Source: an uncultured Eubacteriales bacterium (GTDB lineage Bacteria > Acidobacteriota > Aminicenantia > Aminicenantales > Saccharicenantaceae). Taken from it: 64,000 nt of DNA. A model generated the notes under the pieces. The model searched no databases. It was given only the letters and a program-made list of their open reading frames with translations, and was not told the DNA's origin. This document shows positions 26,303 to 35,184 of this stretch, in pieces; the stretch's first letter is position 1, and each line of letters begins with the position of its first letter. The translations under genes and the position numbers were made by a program. Where the stretch lies: the NCBI GenBank assembly GCA_964652895.1, contig CAZZCH010000003.1, positions 6,526 to 70,525 of the forward strand. The letters run 5' to 3'.

Positions 26303-26580
26303 GGGGACACGTACCGGAAGTACATGTCCCCGGGCCCCCTGTCCTTGGCCGAGCTCAAACACGTTTTGGCGGTTTCCCCTGAAACTGCCCTCGTCCGTCA
26401 CGCCGGCCGACTAAATCACCGCTTATGCTCACTCAGATACTGCCCTGAAGCTGCCTGAGCCGGAAGAGGGTCCCGGGAGATATTTCTCCCGGGCCGCAGA
26501 ACGCCGCAGCGTTCGAGGAGGGGAGGCAGGGAGCGAAGCGACCGTTGGAAGGGGGAAGGCGGAGCGGATTCCCCCTCCAA
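26303..26580. other. cluster of strong GC-rich hairpins in a non-coding gap
   Basis: Four hairpins were found by hand. The first is 26303-26331 (12-bp stem, one mismatch). The second is 26368-26389 (9 bp including one G-U). The third is 26472-26493 (9 bp, perfect, CCCGGGAGA/TCTCCCGGG). The fourth is 26545-26580 (12 bp with one bulge). There is no convincing ORF. Confidence 0.5.
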
Positions 26581-26690
26581 GTCGTCGATCCCCTCGGCCC
26601 CGGGTTTAGCGGTCGCCGCATCCGCGGCACTCAAGACCCTTAGCAAGCCGGGCCCAGGATCGTTGTCGCTAACTCAGGCGGGCGGAATTC

Positions 26691-26699
26691 TGATATAAT
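26691..26699 (+). promoter_or_regulatory. extended -10 promoter element candidate
   Basis: TGaTATAAT lies 41 nt upstream of the ATG at 26740. No good -35 element is present. Confidence 0.35.
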
Positions 26700-26739
26700 G
26701 TAGTTTCTTTAGTGCGAGTTGGACCGGGAGTTAGCCGCG

Positions 26740-27039
26740 ATGCCGATTTACGAATATCAGTGCTCTAAGTGCCACGAGGTCTGCGAGGTACTCCAGAAAG
26801 CCAAGGACAAGCCGCCCGAGAAGTGCCCCAAATGCGGCGGTCCCGTCAAAAAGATCACCTCATCGCCGGCCATCCAGTTCAAGGGGAGCGGTTGGTATAT
26901 CAACGACTACGCCAAGAAAAGCTCGGTGCCCGCCGAGACCAGGGCCGAGGGGAAGGCCCCGGCCGCCGAGGCCAAGGCCGAGACCAAGCCCGCCCCCGCC
27001 GCGACCGCCAAGCCCAAGACCGACAAATCTCCATCCTAG
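26740..27039 (+). CDS. FmdB-family zinc-ribbon protein
   Basis: The sequence is MPIYEYQCSKCHEVCEVLQKAKDKPPEKCPKCGG (CxxC...CxxC) followed by SPAIQFKGSGWY. An internal ATG of ORF 26719..27039 was chosen. Confidence 0.8.
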   Translation: MPIYEYQCSKCHEVCEVLQKAKDKPPEKCPKCGGPVKKITSSPAIQFKGSGWYINDYAKKSSVPAETRAEGKAPAAEAKAETKPAPAATAKPKTDKSPS

Positions 27040-27180
27040 CCGTCATATCGGAGGTCTTCGCCACCGGCGAACGCTTGTCATGCCGACATGCTGGGCCGTT
27101 TTCCTCGGCCGCAATACGTTTGGCCGTCCGGGACCGCGAAGCCGCCACCTCGATCTTCAGACCCTGGAGGCCGTCCGGCC

Positions 27181-29334
27181 ATGATCCGGTTTGACGACAT
27201 CCTCGACAAGGCCTCCTCCTACATCAACGAAAAAGAGGCCCTCGTCCTCCAGAAGGCCTACGTGTTCGCAGGCAAGGCCCACAAGGGGCAGGTCCGCCGT
27301 TCCGGGGAACCCTATCTCAGCCATCCGCTCGAAGTGGCCGACTACCTCGCCGACATGAAGCTCGACAAGACGACGCTTGTCGCCGCCCTCCTTCACGACG
27401 TTCTCGAGGACACGGACGCAACGGCCGCGGACATCCGCGAGAATTTCGGCAAGGAGGTCGCCGACCTGGTCGAGGGGGTAACCAAGATCAGCCGGGTCCA
27501 GGAGGTGTCGCCCGAGGTCCGCCGGGCCGAGGCCATCCGGAAGATCATCCTGGCGATGACCGACGACATCCGGGTCATCTTCATCAAGCTGGCCGACCGG
27601 ATCCACAATCTCAAGACCCTCAAGTACCTCGACGAGGAAAGGCGGCGGCAGATCGCCCGCGAGACGCTCGACATCTACGCCCCGATCGCCAACCGGCTCG
27701 GCATGGGGCGCATACGGGCCGAGCTCGAGGACCTGTCGTTCCGCTACGTCGCCCCCGAGGAGTTCGCCAAGATCGCAGCATCCGAAGGGCCCGGGAGAAG
27801 CGCGGCCGAGGGGGACCTCAAGGCCATGAAGAAGGCGATCGAGGATCTCGTCCGGGAAAACGGCATCCCGGCCGAGGTGTTCTCCCGGATCAAGCGCCCC
27901 TACAGCGTCTGGAGCAAGATGAAGCGGCGGGACATCGCGTTCGACCAGGTCTTCGACTTCCTGGCCTTGCGGATCATCACCGATTCCGTCAAGAACTGCT
28001 ACGCCCTCCTCGGCATCATCCATCAGCGCTGGCCCCACCTGCCCCAGCGGTTCCACGATTTCATCGCCATGCCCAAGCCCAACCTCTACCAGGCTCTGCA
28101 CACGACGGTCATCACCGAGGGGCGAAAGATGTTCGAGATCCAGATCCGGACCCGGGAGATGCACGACCTCGCCGAGAACGGCATCGCCGCCCACTGGCGA
28201 TACAAGGAAGACTCGCCGGCAGGCCCGATGATAGAGGACCGCCGCCTCCACTGGCTCCGCGAAATGGCCGCCCTCTTCGAAGAGCAGAAGAATCCGCGGG
28301 AGTTCCTGCGAAGCCTCAAGACCAACCTCATCCCGGAGGAGGTCTACGTCTTCACGCCCAAGGGCAAGGCCGTCAACCTGCCGCCCGGCGCCACGGCCCT
28401 CGACTTCGCCTTCAAGATCCACACGGAGATCGGGCTTCACGCGTCCGGGGCCAAGGTCAACGGCTCCGCATCCCCGCTCAAGACCGTTCTCAGGACGGGG
28501 GACATCGTTGAGATCCTGACGTCGGAGGAGAGGACGCCGACGCGGGACATGCTCGCTTCGGCCGCAACCGCCGGCGCGCGCCAGCAGCTCAAGCGCTGGT
28601 TCAACCTCAAGAGCCGGACGACGAGCGTCGCCCTGGGACGAAGGCTCTGGGAACGGGAGATCCGCAAATACATCCTCCCCGCCGAATTCCGGAACGAACA
28701 GGACCTCGCCCGGCAACTGGCCGCGGCCCTCGGCCCGAGGGCCGGGTCCATGGAGGAGTTTTACCAGCTTGTGGGGCTCGGCCAGATCGTCGTCAACGCC
28801 GGGCTCATCGAAGTCGTCTTCCCCGGCGGCCATGTCTCGCCGCGCCGGCCGGGCCTGCTCGGGAAAGCGGCGGCCAAGTTCGCTCCAGGCCCGGGGCCGG
28901 GGATCAGGATCAAGGACATCGACGGACAGATGATCAAATTGGCCAAGTGCTGCTCTCCGGTCAAGGGCGAGCCCGTCGTCGGGTACATCACGGCGGGAAA
29001 AGGGCTGAGCATCCATTCCCTCCGCTGCCCGCTCGTAACCAAGGAGATCCTGGACGGTCAGCGGCTTGTCGAGGTGTCCTGGGACCCGTCCTTCGCCGGG
29101 ACTTTCAAGGCCCGCCTCCTGGTCAAGTCCAAGGACTCGCCCGGGGTCCTGGCCAAGGTCGCTACGGCGATCGCGGGGCTAGAGGGGAACATCTCCAAGG
29201 CCGAGGCGGCGATGCTCGCCGAGGGCCGGGCCAAGATCAAGCTGGACATCAGGATCCGGGACATTCGCCACCTCGAGGACATCACGCGGCGCATCTCCGC
29301 GCTGAAAGATGTTTTGTCTGTCGAGAGAGTGTAG
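27181..29334 (+). CDS. relA: bifunctional (p)ppGpp synthetase/hydrolase RelA/SpoT family
   Basis: An HD hydrolase domain (HPLEVA...LLHDVLEDT), a synthetase domain (YSVWSKMKRR...DFLALRIIT...YQALHTTV), and TGS and ACT domains are all present. An internal ATG with GGAGG upstream was chosen. Confidence 0.95.
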   Translation: MIRFDDILDKASSYINEKEALVLQKAYVFAGKAHKGQVRRSGEPYLSHPLEVADYLADMKLDKTTLVAALLHDVLEDTDATAADIRENFGKEVADLVEGVTKISRVQEVSPEVRRAEAIRKIILAMTDDIRVIFIKLADRIHNLKTLKYLDEERRRQIARETLDIYAPIANRLGMGRIRAELEDLSFRYVAPEEFAKIAASEGPGRSAAEGDLKAMKKAIEDLVRENGIPAEVFSRIKRPYSVWSKMKRRDIAFDQVFDFLALRIITDSVKNCYALLGIIHQRWPHLPQRFHDFIAMPKPNLYQALHTTVITEGRKMFEIQIRTREMHDLAENGIAAHWRYKEDSPAGPMIEDRRLHWLREMAALFEEQKNPREFLRSLKTNLIPEEVYVFTPKGKAVNLPPGATALDFAFKIHTEIGLHASGAKVNGSASPLKTVLRTGDIVEILTSEERTPTRDMLASAATAGARQQLKRWFNLKSRTTSVALGRRLWEREIRKYILPAEFRNEQDLARQLAAALGPRAGSMEEFYQLVGLGQIVVNAGLIEVVFPGGHVSPRRPGLLGKAAAKFAPGPGPGIRIKDIDGQMIKLAKCCSPVKGEPVVGYITAGKGLSIHSLRCPLVTKEILDGQRLVEVSWDPSFAGTFKARLLVKSKDSPGVLAKVATAIAGLEGNISKAEAAMLAEGRAKIKLDIRIRDIRHLEDITRRISALKDVLSVERV

Positions 29335-29340
29335 GCGGGG

Positions 29341-29535
29341 CTAGGCCGCTTTGACCACTTTCCCCGAACGCAGGCATCTCGTGCAGACCCAGATCTGGCG
29401 AACGCCCCCCCGTGGGGTCTGGGCCTTGACGTGCTGAAGGTTGGGCTTCCATTTTTTCGGGGACGACTTGTGGGAATGGCTGACGTTATGCCCGAAAATC
29501 GGGCCTTTTTGGCAGATCTGGCAGGTTTTCGGCAT
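29341..29535 (-). CDS. rpmB: 50S ribosomal protein L28
   Basis: This is the C-terminal 64 aa of ORF 29341..29817, reading MPKTCQICQKGPIFGHNVSHSHKSSPKKWKPNLQ. Confidence 0.9.
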   Translation of the reverse strand: MPKTCQICQKGPIFGHNVSHSHKSSPKKWKPNLQHVKAQTPRGGVRQIWVCTRCLRSGKVVKAA

Positions 29536-29568
29536 GGTCGTATCTCTTTCGTTTCTAGATGAGACGAA

Positions 29569-29597
29569 TTTATACCATAAAAATCGGCCGGAGGCAA
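29569..29597 (-). promoter_or_regulatory. sigma-70-type promoter candidate for rpmB
   Basis: The minus strand reads TTGCCT, a 17-nt spacer, then TATAAA. Confidence 0.4.
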
Positions 29598-29662
29598 GTT
29601 GGCCAAATTTGTTTCCGCTTGACCGGCCGGCTTGAAAGGCGTAGCTTTCCTTCGAGGCCGGC

Positions 29663-30340
29663 ATGAGACCCAATGTTTTTCTGGCTCTCGTTTCTCTCTC
29701 TTTGCCCCTGGCTGCGGCCTGCCGGCCTCCCCTCGCCTCAAAAACCCTTGTGATCGGCGTCCAGGAGGAGAAGCCCGGCGTTGCGGTGCTTCCGCCCGGC
29801 CTTTTCAGCGAGATCATCGTGACGGATTTCCGCGACGACGCTCCATCCCCGGATTTCGCGCTGGGCCAGGAACTCCAGGGCTATCTCGCTACGGAACTCG
29901 GCCGGTCCTTCGAGGGCACGGTCTCCCGCATGGATCTTTCCCGGGACGGCGAGGCAGTCGCGGACGAGCCGGCCTTCTGGCAACGGGCAGCCGCCGGCCG
30001 TGAACAGGCGGTCTTCCTCACGGGCTCGGCTAGGCTCGTCGGCCAGACCCGAAAGGCCTTGGAGAAAAAAAAGCTTCCCGTGGACGGTCCTTTCAACGTT
30101 GACCGCCGCGGCCTCATCGAGCAACGCCGCTGGACCCTCTCAGTCGACATTTTGGTCGTTTCCGCCGCGACCGGAGGAATCCTTTATCAAAAAACTTTTC
30201 GCGAGGACCGCGATTACACCGACCTCGACAAACCGGCCGAATTCGCTTTTGACGAACTCGCCGCCCGTCTCCGGGCCCGCCTCTTCCCGGTCCTTTTCGG
30301 CACTCCGACGATCGAGGAGCGAACCCTCCTCCGGCGCTGA
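29663..30340 (+). CDS. lipoprotein, unknown function
   Basis: A lipobox is present (LSLPLAAAC). I recognised no family. Confidence 0.5.
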   Translation: MRPNVFLALVSLSLPLAAACRPPLASKTLVIGVQEEKPGVAVLPPGLFSEIIVTDFRDDAPSPDFALGQELQGYLATELGRSFEGTVSRMDLSRDGEAVADEPAFWQRAAAGREQAVFLTGSARLVGQTRKALEKKKLPVDGPFNVDRRGLIEQRRWTLSVDILVVSAATGGILYQKTFREDRDYTDLDKPAEFAFDELAARLRARLFPVLFGTPTIEERTLLRR

Positions 30341-30390
30341 ACCGGTCGGCCCGCTAAGAGCATAGAAAAGAACGGTTTTCCCCGTCCAGG

Positions 30391-30414
30391 GAGGCCTCGG
30401 CCGAGGCCTCTTTT
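30391..30414 (+). terminator. intrinsic terminator
   Basis: A perfect 20-nt palindrome GAGGCCTCGGCCGAGGCCTC is followed by TTTT. Confidence 0.6.
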
Positions 30415-30522
30415 CGGCTTCTTTTTAGGCCCGCCAAGGACCTGAGGAAGCCCCTTTTTGGCGCCGTAGACCAGGGACCTTCCGCTGGAGCTGCAAAATG
30501 CCATTTTCCCCTAAAAAATAGC

Positions 30523-30551
30523 TTGAATTGCCCTTCCCGTGGTGCTATGAT
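30523..30551 (+). promoter_or_regulatory. sigma-70-type promoter candidate for dnaA
   Basis: TTGAAT (30523-30528) is followed by a 17-nt spacer and TATGAT (30546-30551). Confidence 0.5.
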
Positions 30552-30591
30552 TCGCAGGCCTCACCCGGTCGGATCTTTTGCCAGGAGAGGA

Positions 30592-30623
30592 TTTTCCACA
30601 GATGTGGAAATATCTGTGGATAA
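30592..30623. promoter_or_regulatory. three DnaA boxes
   Basis: The boxes are TTTTCCACA (30592-30600), TGTGGAAAT (30603-30611, inverted) and TGTGGATAA (30615-30623). The last is a perfect reverse complement of TTATCCACA. All three lie between the promoter and the dnaA ATG. Confidence 0.75.
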
Positions 30624-30636
30624 ATTAGCAGTACCC

Positions 30637-31968
30637 ATGGAACCTAAAGAAAATCAAAACCTTTGGATTCAAATCCTCCGGGCCGTCGAAACCAAGGTTG
30701 ACCCCAACTCGTTCGAGACCTGGTTCGACCCGACGAGCTTCATCGGCCAGGAACAGGATTGCCTGTACATCAAGGTCCCGAATTCCTATTTCCGCGACTG
30801 GCTGTCCTTCCATTATTCGGCCATCATCAACGAATGTTCTCGGGACATCTTCGGCAAAACCTTTGACATCCGCTACATCCACGACGATACGCCGTCGTCG
30901 TTCATGAGGCGCTCACCGGACGACAGGAAGACCAAGCAGGGTCAGACCATCAATCCGAACCTCAATCCCAACTACACCTTCGAGAACTTCGTCGTCGGCA
31001 GTTGCAATCAGTTCGCCCACGCGGCGGCCGTGGCCGTGGCCAAGAACCCGGCCAAATCCTACAACCCTCTCTACATCTACGGCGGGGCGGGTCTCGGCAA
31101 GACGCATCTAATGAACGCCATCGGTCACTTCAGCATCCAGCAGAACGAGCGAAATAAGATCCTCTACGTCACCACCGAAAAATTCATGAACGACCTGATC
31201 AACCACCTCCAATACGGCAAGGTCCTCGAGTTCCGCGAGAAATACCGGAGCGTCGACGTTTTGTTGATCGACGACATCCACTACCTTGCCGGCCGAGAGC
31301 GGACGAAAGAGGAATTTTTCCACACCTTCAACCATTTATACGACAGCCAGAAACAGATCGTCATCTCGAGCGACTGCCCGCCCAAGGAGATCCCCCATCT
31401 CGAGGAACGTTTCCGATCCCGATTCGAATGGGGCCTCATCGCCGACCTCAAACCACCTGACATCGAGACCCGTATTGCTATTCTCAAGAAAAAAGCCGAG
31501 GCCGAAGCGGTCTCTCTTCCCGAGAGCGTCGGACTCTACATCGCCGACAAGGTCCAATCCAATATTAGGGAGCTTGAGGGTTATTTGAGACGCGTCATCG
31601 CTTTCGCCTCGCTCAAAGGCGAGAAAATCGATCTCGACCTGACCAAAGAAGCGCTCAAGGGTCTTCTTGACTCGTCGACGATGATCGTCACTGTGGAAAA
31701 GATCCAAAAACTCATCTGCCATAAGTTCAAAATCAAGCCTTCACAGCTCAAATCGAAGAATAATTCCCCCAAGATCGCCTTTCCCCGTCAGATCGCCATG
31801 TATCTAGCCAAGGAATTGACCCATTCGTCCCTTCCCGAAATCGGCAAGAAATTCGGTGGAAAACACCACACGACTGTCATCTACAGCATCCGCAAGATCG
31901 ACAAGCTCCGGACGGACGATCCCGAATTCAACAAAGAAATTAACAGTCTCTTGGCGTTCATCCAATGA
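30637..31968 (+). CDS. dnaA: chromosomal replication initiator DnaA
   Basis: The internal ATG gives MEPKENQNLWIQILRAVE. Walker A is GGAGLGKTHL, the sequence LLIDDIHYLAGRERTKEEFFHTFN is present, and domain IV reads KFGGKHHTTVIYSIRKI. Confidence 0.95.
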   Translation: MEPKENQNLWIQILRAVETKVDPNSFETWFDPTSFIGQEQDCLYIKVPNSYFRDWLSFHYSAIINECSRDIFGKTFDIRYIHDDTPSSFMRRSPDDRKTKQGQTINPNLNPNYTFENFVVGSCNQFAHAAAVAVAKNPAKSYNPLYIYGGAGLGKTHLMNAIGHFSIQQNERNKILYVTTEKFMNDLINHLQYGKVLEFREKYRSVDVLLIDDIHYLAGRERTKEEFFHTFNHLYDSQKQIVISSDCPPKEIPHLEERFRSRFEWGLIADLKPPDIETRIAILKKKAEAEAVSLPESVGLYIADKVQSNIRELEGYLRRVIAFASLKGEKIDLDLTKEALKGLLDSSTMIVTVEKIQKLICHKFKIKPSQLKSKNNSPKIAFPRQIAMYLAKELTHSSLPEIGKKFGGKHHTTVIYSIRKIDKLRTDDPEFNKEINSLLAFIQ

Positions 31969-32104
31969 GGATTATCAATATGTTCGACAGAATATGCACA
32001 TTTCCAGAGGACTTTATTATTTCTCTTCTTAATTTTATTTATCTTTATAAACTAAATAATAAGAATATAAAGAATATCAAGAATCCGGTTCAAAAGGTGA
32101 CAAA
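31969..32104. other. AT-rich dnaA-dnaN spacer, candidate DNA-unwinding element of oriC
   Basis: A hand count of 32011-32080 gives 9 G/C in 70 nt, in an otherwise GC-rich window. Two degenerate DnaA-box-like 9-mers (each 7 of 9) are TTATCAATA (31972-31980) and atatgcaca (31992-32000). Confidence 0.5.
32061..32086. repeat. 9-nt-period AT-rich tandem repeat
   Basis: The sequence is AAGAATAT-a-AAGAATAT-c-AAGAATcc. Confidence 0.7.
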
Positions 32105-33202
32105 ATGAAATTTTCAATCTCCAAAGAATCTTTTCTGGAAGAACTTCAACTCCTCCAGGGGATCGTAGAAAAACGGAACACCATGCCCATCCTGGCCAAC
32201 ATTCTAATGGACGTTTCGGCGTCGGACATCGAATTGACGGGGACGGACCTCGAGGTGGGATTGAGGACGCATATCGCGGCGGCTATCGATAAGGCCGGAG
32301 CGATCACGGTCAACGGCAAGAAGATCTTCGAGATCGTCAAATCCTTACCTGAGGGGCAGACCGTCCAGATTGAAAAAATCGACGATAATATCGAGATCAA
32401 GTCCGGCGACAGCGAGTTTAAGATCCTATGCCTGCCGAAAGAGGATTATCCCCAGGTCCCCGAGCCAAAGTTCGAGAAAGGCATTAAATTGGGGCTCAAG
32501 GACCTCAAGGATATGATCGACCGGGTTTATTACGCGATCACCCAGGAGCAGAGGTATTATCTCAACGGGGCTCAGCTTTCGCTAAAGAACCGGCAGATCG
32601 AACTTGTGAGCACGGACGGGCACCGCCTGTCGTACACGAAAAAGGCCGAGGACGGCCTGAAACTCGACCAGGACATCAGCGTAATAGTGGCCAAGAAGAC
32701 GCTCAACGAGATCAGGAAATTCGAGGATGAAACGGTCGAGTTCGACCTCGACGAGAACAATCTATTCTTCAAGGTTGGCCAGAGGATCCTCATATCCCGG
32801 ATCATCGACAGTAAGTTCCCCAATTTTCAGGCGGTCATCCCCAAGGACAACCCCGGCCGGCTGGCCGTTTCGCGCGAAGAGTTGGCCAATGCCATCCGCC
32901 GCGTGTCGCTCCTCTCGGCCGAGCGGTCGAAGGGGATCAAGTTCACGATCGAGAAGAACCGGATGCGGCTCTTTTCCTCCAATCCCGAGATCGGCGAGGC
33001 GCGCGACAGGCTGGCCGTCGAGTACAAGGGCCAGGACCTGGAGATCGGGTTCAACGCCCAGTATCTGCTCGACTTCCTCCTGGCGGTCGCGTCCGAGCGG
33101 GTCGTCTTCGAGATCAAGGACGAGAACAGCGCCGTCCTTATCAAGCCGGAGGCCGAGGAAGGCATCACCAATATCTACGTCCTGATGCCGATGAAGATCT
33201 GA
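32105..33202 (+). CDS. dnaN: DNA polymerase III beta sliding clamp
   Basis: The sequence is MKFSISKESFLEELQLLQGIVEKRNTMPILANILM...LTGTDLEVG, with three-domain length, ending YVLMPMKI. Confidence 0.95.
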   Translation: MKFSISKESFLEELQLLQGIVEKRNTMPILANILMDVSASDIELTGTDLEVGLRTHIAAAIDKAGAITVNGKKIFEIVKSLPEGQTVQIEKIDDNIEIKSGDSEFKILCLPKEDYPQVPEPKFEKGIKLGLKDLKDMIDRVYYAITQEQRYYLNGAQLSLKNRQIELVSTDGHRLSYTKKAEDGLKLDQDISVIVAKKTLNEIRKFEDETVEFDLDENNLFFKVGQRILISRIIDSKFPNFQAVIPKDNPGRLAVSREELANAIRRVSLLSAERSKGIKFTIEKNRMRLFSSNPEIGEARDRLAVEYKGQDLEIGFNAQYLLDFLLAVASERVVFEIKDENSAVLIKPEAEEGITNIYVLMPMKI

Positions 33203-33222
33203 CCCGGCCGTGGAGCCGGGGC

Positions 33223-33717
33223 CTACTCCTCTTCGAGGGCGCTCCGGAGGACGGAGACGACCTGCCGGACGGCCCGGCCGACAGCCGGAGAAACCGGCGC
33301 CCCTTCCTTGAACGAGGAGGGTTCTATCCCCAGGATCGAAACCCGGCAGCCCATCGTTTCCCGAATATAGCGGGCGAGACGCGTCAGGGGCACGCGGTGG
33401 GTGGAAACGTCCTCGTCTGCGACCTCGGCAGGGTCGATGAGAAAGACCTCGCCGGGCGGCCGCCCGGCCGCGGCGGAATCGACGATGACCGAGAGGTCGG
33501 GGGCAAAAGCCCGGACGACCCCGGTGAAATTCTCGGGGACATCCCCGGCGTCGACGACCAACGCTCTCTGCGGAAGGCGGGGGCGCCCTCTCAGGAGGTC
33601 ACGGGCGACGTGCGCGCCTGCGGCGTCGTCACCCCGGGCCACGTTCCCCACGCCAATAACGGCCACGCGGGCGGACAGGCGAATCTCCTTCCGGAGAACT
33701 TGCTCCCAGGATTCCAT
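33223..33717 (-). CDS. hydrogenase maturation endopeptidase (HycI/HyaD family)
   Basis: The motif VIGVGNVARGDDAAG is present in a 164-aa product. It is the last gene of the hydrogenase operon. Confidence 0.8.
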   Translation of the reverse strand: MESWEQVLRKEIRLSARVAVIGVGNVARGDDAAGAHVARDLLRGRPRLPQRALVVDAGDVPENFTGVVRAFAPDLSVIVDSAAAGRPPGEVFLIDPAEVADEDVSTHRVPLTRLARYIRETMGCRVSILGIEPSSFKEGAPVSPAVGRAVRQVVSVLRSALEEE

Positions 33718-33790
33718 GGCTTGATCCTATGAATTCCCGGACCCGGCCGCAGCGAGCGGGGGGATGTCCGCAGGCGGCCGGCCCGAGAGC

Positions 33791-34216
33791 TCAAACTTTC
33801 GGTTCGGCGGCCTGGGGCGCCGGCGCCGCCGCTTTGGGTTTGAGCACGGCCCGGACGTAGACCCAGTCCTTTTTCAGCTTGTGGCGGTCGTCGGTCGCGA
33901 TCTCATAGAGGCTGTCGATCTGCATGGCCTTGGGGGTCGTCGGACAGGAGTCGACGCACTGAGCGCAGTGGATACAGCGGTCGTTGTGGATGACCATGCG
34001 GAAGCGTTTTTCGGCTTCGTTGACCGAGGTGATCTCGATGGCCTCGGCCGGGCAGTCCCGCTCGCAGGCCCGGCAGACGATACACATGTCGGGGTTGAGA
34101 TAAGGCGTTCCCCTGAAATTCTTTGGGACCTGGAGCTTCTTGAACGGGTAGTCGACCGTGTTCGGTTTCTTGAAGAGATGGCGTATAAGCTCGGGGAGGA
34201 AAACCGCTATTTTCAT
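33791..34216 (-). CDS. hydrogenase 2x[4Fe-4S] ferredoxin subunit (NuoI/HycF/MbhN-like)
   Basis: The two cluster motifs are CIVCRACERDCP and CIHCAQCVDSCP. Confidence 0.85.
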   Translation of the reverse strand: MKIAVFLPELIRHLFKKPNTVDYPFKKLQVPKNFRGTPYLNPDMCIVCRACERDCPAEAIEITSVNEAEKRFRMVIHNDRCIHCAQCVDSCPTTPKAMQIDSLYEIATDDRHKLKKDWVYVRAVLKPKAAAPAPQAAEPKV

Positions 34217-35184
34217 GACAGCAATCCCTTCAGGAGGATGGTGACGAGGAGCTGGATGACGGCCAGCGGAGCCAGATACTTCCAGGCGAAGGACACGACC
34301 TGATCGACGCGTATCCGCGAGGTCACGGCCCGGAGAAGGGACAGGAGGAAGATGACGAAGAGTGTCTTGACGACGAAATGGAGGAACCCGATGACGGCCC
34401 CGCCGGGGAAGCCGCCCAGGAAGACGGTCGCGAGCAGGCCGCTCGAGACGACCATCTCGATGTCAAACGTCAGCCGGAAAAGGGCCAGCTTCTTGCCGGA
34501 GTATTCGGTGAAAGTGCCGCCCACGATTTCCGTCTCGGCGTGGGGAATGTCAAAGGGCGTCCGCTCGAGCTTGGCCTGGACGGCGATGACGGCGACGAGG
34601 AAGCCCAGCAGGTTGGTCAAGAGGAGAAGGGGCTTCTGCTGGTAGAAGGCCGCGATCTCGGCCAGGCGCCAGGAGCCGGCCATGATGGCCGGGCCGAGGA
34701 CGGCCAGGAAAAGCGGGACCTCGTAGCCGAAGAGCATGGTCAGGACGCGGGCGCCGCCGATCGTGGAGAAGGGGTTTGTCGAGGCCCAGGCGGCCAGGAA
34801 GAGAATGAGCGTCGGCAGGCTGAGAAGGTAGAGGATGACGATGATGTCCCCCGAGAACGACGTAAAGCTCGGGGCGGCCAGGTCGAAATTCCAGACGGGA
34901 AGCAGCAGCCCCGCCGTCGCGACGACCGCCAGGCCGATGCCCGGCAGGACGTTGAAGAGGCGCTTGTCCGCGGCGTCGGGGACGATGTCCTCCTTGGCCA
35001 GGAGCTTGACGAAGTCGGCGATGGGCTGGAGGAGCCCGAACCGGCCCGTATGGGTCGGCCCCATCCGGTTCTGGAGCCGGGCGTAGACCTTGCGGTCGAA
35101 CCACTCGCAGAAGGTCGAATAGAGGAACAGGAAAAGAAGACCGGGGTAGACGACGAGATAGAGAAGCGTTCTCAGAACGGCCAT
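34213..35184 (-). CDS. hydrogenase membrane subunit (NuoH/HycD/MbhM-like)
   Basis: The product is a 323-aa polytopic protein. It begins with the NuoH-like RKVYARLQNRMGPTHTGRFGLLQPIADFVKLLAKED. Confidence 0.85.
   Translation of the reverse strand: MAVLRTLLYLVVYPGLLFLFLYSTFCEWFDRKVYARLQNRMGPTHTGRFGLLQPIADFVKLLAKEDIVPDAADKRLFNVLPGIGLAVVATAGLLLPVWNFDLAAPSFTSFSGDIIVILYLLSLPTLILFLAAWASTNPFSTIGGARVLTMLFGYEVPLFLAVLGPAIMAGSWRLAEIAAFYQQKPLLLLTNLLGFLVAVIAVQAKLERTPFDIPHAETEIVGGTFTEYSGKKLALFRLTFDIEMVVSSGLLATVFLGGFPGGAVIGFLHFVVKTLFVIFLLSLLRAVTSRIRVDQVVSFAWKYLAPLAVIQLLVTILLKGLLS

Noticed and set aside
26324-26458. 44-aa plus-strand ORF (MSPGPLSLAELKHVLAVSPETALVRHAGRLNHRL...) with a faint HTH/excisionase-like pattern
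   Set aside because: It has no convincing RBS. Its start lies inside a hairpin arm, and its third-position GC is lower than in real genes here. It has no flanking integrase or repeats. It might be a decayed remnant, but the evidence is too weak to call.
26440-26500. A CCGGAAG-containing segment, considered as SRP (4.5S) RNA helix 8
   Set aside because: The conserved GGAAGCAGCC and symmetric-loop context is absent on both strands.
26581-26601. The minus-strand sequence GGGGCCGAGGGGAUCGACGAC resembles a tmRNA 5' end
   Set aside because: No matching tRNA-like 3' end is found downstream on that strand. There is no T-arm GGUUCGAAUCC and no acceptor complement ...CGGCCCCACCA. No resume-codon or tag ORF is evident either.
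27157-29016. 619-aa minus-strand ORF
   Set aside because: It lies antisense to relA/spoT, whose domains are clear. The composition is a high-GC artefact.
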